Shown: in pieces, positions 25,200-32,000 of the stretch
Layout: each line of letters begins with the position of its first letter
Numbering within the stretch: the stretch's first letter is position 1
Source of the DNA: Geobacter sulfurreducens PCA
GTDB lineage: Bacteria; Desulfobacterota; Desulfuromonadia; Geobacterales; Geobacteraceae
Direction: 5' to 3'
DNA: 32,000 bases
NCBI RefSeq assembly: GCF_000007985.2
Contig: NC_002939.5
Location: forward strand, 720,001-752,000
Made by a program: the position numbers and the translations under genes
Notes under the pieces: generated by a model
Seen by the model: the letters and a program-made list of their open reading frames with translations, nothing else
What the model was told of the DNA's origin: nothing
Database searches by the model: none

Positions 25200-28100
25200 G
25201 TGAATACGCGATCTTGGAAAATGCTGATGATGTGGTGCTCCGTGATGTTTGTGGGTATTTCGCCGGTCCTGACCGGCGTGGACGAAGTCCGGGCAGCCAT
25301 CCAGTGCTATCAGTGCCACGGAACCGCGGCAACCAGTGACTATCGCCCGGAAGACAGCGCGTTCCGCGCTATCTCCACCGGAGGATTCAAGGGAAATCAC
25401 CGGACTCACATGGCAAGCAGCGCCACGGCAAACAGCTGCACGATCTGCCACGGCACGAGCGGCTACCAGGCAAGCCATCGCGACGGTACCATTGCCATAG
25501 CTTCCAACATTAATGCGTCACCGGCCGTCGGAACCTACAGTCGCGGCACGTCCTTCGCCCAGAGCGCCTCGGTGGTGCCGGGTACCTGCAGCAACGTCAA
25601 CTGCCACTTTGAAACCGTGACGCCGGCCTGGGGCAGCACGCCCCTTGCCTCCACCGCCGATTGCGGTACGTGCCATGGCAGCGCGCCGGCCACCGGCAGC
25701 CATCCCGTCGGGGGGAGCAAGCACGGCGCCTATTACGGGACCGGAACCTCTTCGTGTGGCACATGCCATCCCGACCATGGGGCCAAGGAGGGTACAGCCC
25801 GTTTTGCCCATGCCACCAGTGTCGGTCGGGACTTGCAGGTCAGCTTCGCTGCCGCGCCGAACAGCGGCAGCGGCAGCTATTCCGGGCCGGTAAACGATTA
25901 CCTGCCGAGTCAGAGCAATGTCTTCGGCACCTGTTCCGGCACATACTGTCACAGCCCCGGCACCAAGTCGTCGGCATTCGACGCCCCGAACCAGTCCGCA
26001 GCCTGGGGGGGGAGCCTGGCCTGCAACGGATGCCACAAGTCCGACCGTTCCTCGGGCACGGCCATGACCAGCGGCAGCCACCGCGCCCATGTGGACGGCT
26101 TTGGGCTGGGCTATGCCACGGTCAGGTGCGTCAGGTGTCACGGTGCCACCGTAACCTCGGCCATGGCCATCGGCACCTACGGCAATCATGTTAACAAGCT
26201 GGTCAACGTGGCGTTCGACAGCACCACCACGGCGAAGAACGGCACGTACGGCGGGGTGTCGTCTCCCATGACCAAAGCGCCGGGGAGTGCCTACGGCAGC
26301 TGCACCAACGTCTACTGCCACTCCAGCGGCCAGGGGAACAGCGGCAGCTGGCCGCCGACCTATACGACTCCCACCTGGGGCTCCGCCGCAACGGGGCAGT
26401 GCGGCACCTGCCACGGCATCAACGGCGATACCCACAGCGGTTACGGCACACCGACCATCATGACTTCGGGCAGCCACACCAGGCACCTGGCCTATTCCTT
26501 CGGTATTACCAGCGACGAAACCCGCTGCGCGACCTGCCACGCCACCACCCTGACCGGATTCACCCCCACGGTCTGCAGCTCCTCGGTCTGTCATAACCAG
26601 ATCAGCCAGAAGCACGCCAATTATGAAGTCAATGTGGGATTCCCCGACTACTACGGCGCCACCGCTGCCTACGGCGGCACACCGAAGCCGGGTGACGGCT
26701 ACGGCTCGTGCACGAATATCTACTGTCACAGCGATGGCCGGGACACCCTCCACTACGCCCAGACCCCCCTGACTTGGGGCGGCGCGTCCCTGGGCTGCAC
26801 CGGCTGCCACGGGAGTGCCACGGCGCCTCAAAACGGCAGCGGCGGCACCACCCTGTCGGGCAAGCATGCCGTCCACGTGAATAATGCGGCGATCTTCGGC
26901 ACCAATAACAGCCTGGGGTGCGTCCAGTGCCACAACAGAACCGTCAGCGACAACAGTACGCTCCTTGGGACCACCGGCACCCAGTACCATGTCAACAAGA
27001 CCCGCGACTACTATGGGACCATGGCCGGCAGCTACAACTCCGGCACCAAGGTCTGCAGTAACGTGTACTGCCACAGTTCGGGCCAGGCCACACCGGTCTA
27101 CCGGACCGTGGCCGCCTGGACCAGCGCCACCGGCTACGGCTGCAACAGTTGCCACGGGGCCGACAGCGCCTTCACGGCAGCGGCCGGCGAGCCCAACTAT
27201 GCCAACGGCGGCGCCGGAACGGCCACGGCCAACAGTCACCAGCGCCACGTAGCAAGCCTCGGCATTACTGCCACCACCGGCTGCGCCGCCTGCCACTGCC
27301 GGACCGTTGACGCAACCGTTACCAACAAGCTGCGTAACTACTCGACCCTGCACCTGAACCAGGCGCGCAACGTGGCCATGAAGGCCATCAACGGCAAGTC
27401 CGGAACCTACGACAGCAATGCCAAGACGTGTTCGGCCACCTACTGTCACGGCACCTCACCGTCACCGGCCTGGGGCGGATCTACCGCCTGCAACTCGTGT
27501 CACAGCGCCCGGGCCACCGATGCCCACTGGGCAGCCAACTCCGCCCATAAGATCCACTGGGAGGGATCCGTCCTGCCCTCTTCGTATGCCATGACCCCGG
27601 GCAATGGCACCGGCGATGCGGCCACCTACCGGTTTGCCTGCTCGTCCTGCCATTCCCCCTCCGGAGGCTCAGCCCATGCCGGCGGCGCCTTGGCGGCAAG
27701 CCAGGCGGCCCAGGTCTATTTCGGTTACTCCGCGGCAGGCGTGCGCGGCAGCTACACGGGAACCGGCACGGCCTACAGCAATGACAACGGATTCAACTGG
27801 ACCGCCGGATCCTCCGGCTGTACCGCCACGTACTGTCACTCCGGCGGCGCCGGTCAGGCCGGTCGTTCGGCCGTTGCCTGGAGCACCAGCGCCAAAACCT
27901 CCTACAACTGCAACCTGTGCCACGGTAATGCCGCTGCACCCAACAACGACTGGCGGCGTGGCGCCCCCCTCTATGCCTCCGGCTCCATCACCTACAAGGG
28001 CCAGGCGAAGGGGAACGCCCATGGTGCTCACATAAGCGCACAGACCAGCCTCTCTGCCGTCTACATGCAGTGCGCCCACTGTCACGGAGCCACGACCGCC

Positions 28101-30926
28101 ACAAGCACCGCCATCAGCGACAAGCGCAAGCACCTGAACAAATCCTACGATGTCTCCGCCGGCGGCACCTTCCGGGACGGGGACAACACCGCCAACTCGA
28201 CGGCGGTCACTATCGCTTACAGCTACAACGTTGCAGGGAGCAGCTGCTCCAACGTCTCCTGCCATCCGGTGGGCCTCGACGTGACCACCACGCCGTCCAC
28301 GCCGCTGACGCGGTCCACCAGCACGGCTGCGTGGAACAGCTCCTACAAATGCACCGACTGCCACCGCATCCCGATGCAGGATACCGATACCTACCATCAT
28401 GCCATGTATGACTACGGCCGGACGTATCCGACCACAATCCCCGACGGCAGCGCCACCAGCGGCACCAATTACACCAGCCGGACCTGCACCATGTGCCATG
28501 TGGACCACACGATCTTCAGCCCCGATCTCAACGTCAACAGTGCCGGCCGGTCCTACAACCTGAGGACCGCCATCGGCTCAACGCCCACCACGACGGCAAA
28601 CTTCACCAATTCCGACTACAGCGCATCCGGCGGCGGTATCTGCATCAGCTGCCATTCCACGGAGCGAACCAAATCCACGGTACGGCGCAAACAGGAAACC
28701 AACGCCACCAAAACACCGCCTGTCACCTTGGCCAACTACTCCGGTTCCGCCCATCAGTACAATGTGCCGGCCAGCTTCTTCAGCGATGGCAGCCGGTTCC
28801 AGGGCAACTGCTCCAAGTGTCACAACGCCCTGGTCAACGAGACGTCGGTATTCATGAGCTATACCGGCTCCGGCGACTCGTTCGGCAATCACAACAGCGG
28901 CATCAGGCGGCTTCAGGGCTCCCTCGGCGCAACAGGCGGCGAGGTGGCTGAAGAGCAGATCTGCTACCGTTGCCATAGCCTGTCCAGCGATGCCGACCCG
29001 GGGGGCGGCCCGCCCAAGGCGGTCGCCAACAAGGATTACTACGGGGTGGCACCCATGAGCCTGGCGTCCCAGGACATCTTTGCTGCCAACCGTGACTTCC
29101 GGGCCGCGAACCCGACGTACAGCCTCACCAACAAGCTGTATTTCAAGCCGGCCGCGGCCGAGACACCTGCTGAGGCCATGCCGAATCAGCACAACACCGG
29201 CGATTCCTTCAGCGGCGGCACGTGGGTCGGCCGCGTCATGTCCCCCTGGGAGACCACGGTTACCTATGAAACAAAGAGCCAGGGCACCAACCTGGAGGGC
29301 ACCAGCTACTGGCGCATGGTCACCTTTACCTCGCCCGCGGTCTACAGCACCACTACCGTCCCCGCCGGCAACTGGATCATCAACCTCTACTGCCGCGAGT
29401 CGTCCACCGCCCAGAACGCCAGGGTCAGGTACATGGTCTACAAGTGGAACAACCCCGCCGATACCATGGGAGCCACCATCATCGCCAAGGGGACCTATGC
29501 CACCGAGCTTTCCACTGCGGGAGCCCCCGGTACCGTACGCCAGATACCGGTGAGCGTGGGTACCCTCACCCTCAACGCGGGGGAGAAGATCGTGGTCGAT
29601 CTTTCGCTGGAGACGACCACCACGAGCACCAACGGCTATACCGCGTCATTTTACTTCGGCAGCCGCGCACCCAGCGAGCTGACGCTCCCCGGCAGCGTGG
29701 CCTGGACCTACGCCGACCCGGGCGCCCCAGGTTACGGCCACGCAACCCAGCACTATTCAGGGATCCATCTCCCCTCGCGTCAGAATGAAACCCTGGCCTA
29801 TATCGCCCAAAACAGGCACATCGAGTGCGTGGACTGCCACAACCCCCATGCGACCCGCAACGGGCTCCACGGCGACTACGGAATCGCCACCGGCGGAAGT
29901 TCCACCACCCTGGTCAACAGCAACAAGAACTGGGTGCCCAACCAGTGGGTCGGCGATTATATCAACATCATTTCAGGCACCGGCGCCGGCCAGACGGCCA
30001 CCATCAGCGGCAATAACGCGACCACCGTTACCGTGGCCGGGTGGACTGCGCCGGCCAGCGGCAGCGTTTACCGGATCATCGCCAACAATAATGCGGTGTC
30101 CCGGAGCCAGCGCGGCGTGTCCGGCGCCAGTGTAAGCTATTCCGGGGCCTGGACCAACGGCACCTATACCATGGTAAGCGAGGCCGCCTACGAGTACCAG
30201 ATCTGCTTCAAGTGCCATGCCGCCACCAATCCGACCACCAATACGCTACGCTACTGGAACGTAACCTCGCCGTCGTTGGGGGCGGCCCGTTGGACCAACA
30301 TCGGCCTGGAGTTCAACCCCAACAATGCCTCATACCACCCGGTGATCCAGCCATTGCCATCCACCGGCAACCGGCGGCTGCAGGCGACCGCCCTGACCGG
30401 CGGCTGGCAGCCGGGCGAGGTGATGACCTGCTCCGACTGCCACGGCAGGGATACCAGCACCTCCGCCACGGCCCAGGGCCCCCATGGTTCGACCGTCAAA
30501 TGGCTGCTGACGGGCATGTATCAGAACTGGCCCTTCACTTCAGCGGCGGCCAACGGTACCTCATCCGGCGGGACCCTGCTGACCGGAACGGGCACCGCGA
30601 CGCCTCCGGCCAACAACTTCTGCTTCAACTGCCACACCTGGGCCGCCGGCGGCAACGGTCACGTCAAGTCGTCGGGCGGGCACAGCAGGCCCTGCGTCAA
30701 CTGCCACATTCGGGTTCCCCACGGGGGCAAGGTGCCGCGCCTCCTGACCGGGGCCAATGCCCCATCCCGTTACAAGCCCGACGGCAACGGCGGCGCCTTT
30801 TCCGGTTCCTACCTGACCAGCGCCATCCTGCCGGCCAGCGGCTATATGGGGGCCAACAATGTCAGCTGTTCCTCCATCTGTGGGGCAAGGCACACGGACA
30901 ACAGCATAAAGGCCTATTCCTGGTGA
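25200..30926 (+). CDS. Giant secreted multihaem c-type cytochrome (26 CXXCH + 9 CX4CH motifs)
   Basis: 1,908 aa from the GTG at 25200, with a GAGG RBS 5 nt upstream. The listed 25176 start adds 8 aa. Signal peptide: NTRSWKMLMMWCSVMFVGISPVLTGVDEVRA|A. Motifs were counted by hand in the translation. The repeated CxxxxCH...W...CXXCH unit is the Geobacter-type domain (TIGR01904, as I recall). Confidence 0.9.
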   Translation: MNTRSWKMLMMWCSVMFVGISPVLTGVDEVRAAIQCYQCHGTAATSDYRPEDSAFRAISTGGFKGNHRTHMASSATANSCTICHGTSGYQASHRDGTIAIASNINASPAVGTYSRGTSFAQSASVVPGTCSNVNCHFETVTPAWGSTPLASTADCGTCHGSAPATGSHPVGGSKHGAYYGTGTSSCGTCHPDHGAKEGTARFAHATSVGRDLQVSFAAAPNSGSGSYSGPVNDYLPSQSNVFGTCSGTYCHSPGTKSSAFDAPNQSAAWGGSLACNGCHKSDRSSGTAMTSGSHRAHVDGFGLGYATVRCVRCHGATVTSAMAIGTYGNHVNKLVNVAFDSTTTAKNGTYGGVSSPMTKAPGSAYGSCTNVYCHSSGQGNSGSWPPTYTTPTWGSAATGQCGTCHGINGDTHSGYGTPTIMTSGSHTRHLAYSFGITSDETRCATCHATTLTGFTPTVCSSSVCHNQISQKHANYEVNVGFPDYYGATAAYGGTPKPGDGYGSCTNIYCHSDGRDTLHYAQTPLTWGGASLGCTGCHGSATAPQNGSGGTTLSGKHAVHVNNAAIFGTNNSLGCVQCHNRTVSDNSTLLGTTGTQYHVNKTRDYYGTMAGSYNSGTKVCSNVYCHSSGQATPVYRTVAAWTSATGYGCNSCHGADSAFTAAAGEPNYANGGAGTATANSHQRHVASLGITATTGCAACHCRTVDATVTNKLRNYSTLHLNQARNVAMKAINGKSGTYDSNAKTCSATYCHGTSPSPAWGGSTACNSCHSARATDAHWAANSAHKIHWEGSVLPSSYAMTPGNGTGDAATYRFACSSCHSPSGGSAHAGGALAASQAAQVYFGYSAAGVRGSYTGTGTAYSNDNGFNWTAGSSGCTATYCHSGGAGQAGRSAVAWSTSAKTSYNCNLCHGNAAAPNNDWRRGAPLYASGSITYKGQAKGNAHGAHISAQTSLSAVYMQCAHCHGATTATSTAISDKRKHLNKSYDVSAGGTFRDGDNTANSTAVTIAYSYNVAGSSCSNVSCHPVGLDVTTTPSTPLTRSTSTAAWNSSYKCTDCHRIPMQDTDTYHHAMYDYGRTYPTTIPDGSATSGTNYTSRTCTMCHVDHTIFSPDLNVNSAGRSYNLRTAIGSTPTTTANFTNSDYSASGGGICISCHSTERTKSTVRRKQETNATKTPPVTLANYSGSAHQYNVPASFFSDGSRFQGNCSKCHNALVNETSVFMSYTGSGDSFGNHNSGIRRLQGSLGATGGEVAEEQICYRCHSLSSDADPGGGPPKAVANKDYYGVAPMSLASQDIFAANRDFRAANPTYSLTNKLYFKPAAAETPAEAMPNQHNTGDSFSGGTWVGRVMSPWETTVTYETKSQGTNLEGTSYWRMVTFTSPAVYSTTTVPAGNWIINLYCRESSTAQNARVRYMVYKWNNPADTMGATIIAKGTYATELSTAGAPGTVRQIPVSVGTLTLNAGEKIVVDLSLETTTTSTNGYTASFYFGSRAPSELTLPGSVAWTYADPGAPGYGHATQHYSGIHLPSRQNETLAYIAQNRHIECVDCHNPHATRNGLHGDYGIATGGSSTTLVNSNKNWVPNQWVGDYINIISGTGAGQTATISGNNATTVTVAGWTAPASGSVYRIIANNNAVSRSQRGVSGASVSYSGAWTNGTYTMVSEAAYEYQICFKCHAATNPTTNTLRYWNVTSPSLGAARWTNIGLEFNPNNASYHPVIQPLPSTGNRRLQATALTGGWQPGEVMTCSDCHGRDTSTSATAQGPHGSTVKWLLTGMYQNWPFTSAAANGTSSGGTLLTGTGTATPPANNFCFNCHTWAAGGNGHVKSSGGHSRPCVNCHIRVPHGGKVPRLLTGANAPSRYKPDGNGGAFSGSYLTSAILPASGYMGANNVSCSSICGARHTDNSIKAYSW
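25587..28364 (+). repeat. Eight tandem, diverged protein-level modules (CX4CH - W - CXXCH - CXXCH) inside the giant cytochrome
   Basis: The first Cys of the CX4CH motifs falls at ORF residues 138, 253, 376, 512, 627, 752, 882 and 1024, a period of 115-142 aa. Each motif (C[ST]x[VT]xCH) is followed 13-28 aa later by W-[GTSN] and a CxxCH. In seven of the eight modules a second CXXCH follows the first by 21-50 aa (the eighth has only CTDCH). One extra CX4CH (CSSSVCH) is at 467. Confidence 0.8.
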
Positions 30927-31540
30927 TGGGGTACGGGTACGGTGGATATCCCGACCGGGCGATGCCCGGGGGAGGCGGGAGGAGTGCCGGCACCTCCGGG
31001 GGGGTGCGTGTCGGCATGATCCTGCTGGCGGTTGTGCTGGCAGTTTGCTCTGCCTGCGCCGGGGGCGATACCGGCGAGGTCGAGGCGACCATTCGCCGCT
31101 ACAATGACCTGCTGGTCCAGGGCTACCGGGCCCAGAACATGAATCCCCTCGTGGAAGTCACCACCCATGAGCACGCGCTGAAACTCTATCACCACATGGC
31201 CGCCCTCGGCGAGGGCCAGCTGCGGATGGAGTCGAAGCTCAAGAGGATCAGGTTCCTGAATATCGAACGGCGCGGCAATTCCGAGGCGACGGTGGAAACG
31301 GAGGAAACCTGGGACTTCACCCATTACCGGATGGCCACTAACGAAAAATACGCCGAGGAAAAAGACTTCATTTACCGGATGGGGTATGTCCTGAACAAAG
31401 AAAACGGCCGCTGGCTCATCACCGGGGTGAACACCATCAGCGGCACCAGCACCAATAACGTGGTCCCCTGGCCGGTGCTGGACCGCAAGGGGAGGGTCGT
31501 CAATCAGGCGCCCGGCGGCGCCCAGGGACGGCACCCCTGA
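30926..31540 (+). CDS. Membrane-anchored or lipoprotein-like protein of unknown function
   Basis: Same frame as listed ORF 30212..31540. A candidate ATG at 30926 overlaps the cytochrome stop (TGATG). Alternative starts are ATG 30962, GTG 31004 and ATG 31016. One hydrophobic segment (MILLAVVLAVCSACAGG), then a soluble domain of about 160 aa with alternating alpha/beta character (NTF2-like guess only). Confidence 0.6.
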   Translation: MGYGYGGYPDRAMPGGGGRSAGTSGGVRVGMILLAVVLAVCSACAGGDTGEVEATIRRYNDLLVQGYRAQNMNPLVEVTTHEHALKLYHHMAALGEGQLRMESKLKRIRFLNIERRGNSEATVETEETWDFTHYRMATNEKYAEEKDFIYRMGYVLNKENGRWLITGVNTISGTSTNNVVPWPVLDRKGRVVNQAPGGAQGRHP

Positions 31541-31542
31541 CC

Positions 31543-32000
31543 ATGGAGCGGATCAAGCGGTTTTTCCTGGCACGCGGCACGGTCATCAGTTTCATTCTCC
31601 TGGCACTCTGTGCCATCACCCTGGCAGCGTTCATTCCCCAGCGCTTCCTGACCTCGCCCGAAGAGATGCTGGCGTGGCAGTCGGCCTACCCGCTGTTCGC
31701 CCGCTGGAGTAGCCTGCTGGGCCTCCATCACATCTATACACATCCCGGCTTTGCCCTTATCCTTGCCGGGGGGACGATTTCCCTTGCCTTTTCGACCAGG
31801 AATCAGGCGCTTACCGCGTGGCAGCGCACCGTGCGCCCCGCCGGCGGTACAGCCGGGGACCGGCGCTTTTCCGTCGCCCGAGCGCCGGCGGAGGTTTCCC
31901 GCCTCCTGATGACCAACGGGTTCATCGGTCAGGGCATATTCGATGGGGAAATCCGGCTGGTGCGCCACCCCTGGGGGTACTGGGGCAATACTCTGCTCCA
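31543..32000 (+). CDS. resB: ResB/Ccs1 (CcsB)-type System II cytochrome c biogenesis protein, N-terminal part (runs off the window)
   Basis: Not in the ORF track because no stop is reached. My translation from the ATG at 31543 gives MERIKRFFLARGTVISFILLALCAITLAAFIPQRF...LLGLHHIYTHPGFALILAGGTISLAFS...LVRHPWGYWGNTLL. The TM1-IPQ motif, the LGL..IY..P.F TM2 motif and the HPWGYWG motif match my memory of the ResB family. It starts 2 nt after the upstream stop. Confidence 0.8.
   Translation, partial: MERIKRFFLARGTVISFILLALCAITLAAFIPQRFLTSPEEMLAWQSAYPLFARWSSLLGLHHIYTHPGFALILAGGTISLAFSTRNQALTAWQRTVRPAGGTAGDRRFSVARAPAEVSRLLMTNGFIGQGIFDGEIRLVRHPWGYWGNTLL

Noticed and set aside
25518-27449. 643-aa ORF on the - strand
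   Set aside because: It is antisense to the repeat region of the giant cytochrome. The G/A/V/R-rich translation has no motifs. The sense strand carries the periodic CXXCH/CX4CH pattern.
30212-30925. N-terminal 238 codons of listed ORF 30212..31540
   Set aside because: This part lies entirely inside the giant cytochrome gene in another frame, with a proline/arginine/glutamine-rich translation. The credible gene begins at or after 30926.
1-32000. Scan for CRISPR arrays, IS/transposase or integrase genes, tRNA/rRNA genes and long direct DNA repeats
   Set aside because: None recognised. The only repeat structure is the diverged protein-level modularity of the giant cytochrome plus short hairpins and dyads in intergenic regions.

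Overview
High-GC deltaproteobacterial (Geobacter-like) chromosomal window with no rRNA, tRNA, CRISPR or transposase genes that I can see. Left to right: (1) the 3' end of a methyl-accepting chemotaxis protein gene plus cheW. (2) A hopanoid cluster: hpnH, dxs, hpnA and shc on the minus strand, with hpnN divergent and a class I methyltransferase gene overlapping its 3' end. (3) A minus-strand pfkB-kinase / 77-aa membrane protein / yciH (SUI1) operon. (4) A triple-PAS histidine kinase. (5) A possible lipid-modification group: HAD phosphatase, zinc phospholipase C/P1-nuclease-like protein, SDR, GT2/GT21 glycosyltransferase. (6) A signalling block: a HEAT-repeat protein translationally coupled to an HD-GYP phosphodiesterase, then a convergent REC-PAS-PAS-PP2C response regulator. 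(7) The most interesting part, an extracellular-electron-transfer module. It holds an OmcS-family hexahaem cytochrome (probably omcJ), a strong terminator, a roughly 400-bp AT-rich leader, and a 1,908-aa cytochrome with 26 CXXCH and 9 CX4CH motifs (35 candidate haem sites) built from eight tandem CX4CH...W...CXXCH modules plus large haem-free inserts. A small membrane-anchored unknown is start/stop-coupled to it, followed by the 5' end of a ResB/Ccs1-type System II cytochrome c synthase gene. My lead hypothesis is that this is a self-contained giant-cytochrome plus dedicated-maturation module next to a nanowire-type cytochrome. All assignments come from reading motifs in the supplied translations. 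No database search was run.
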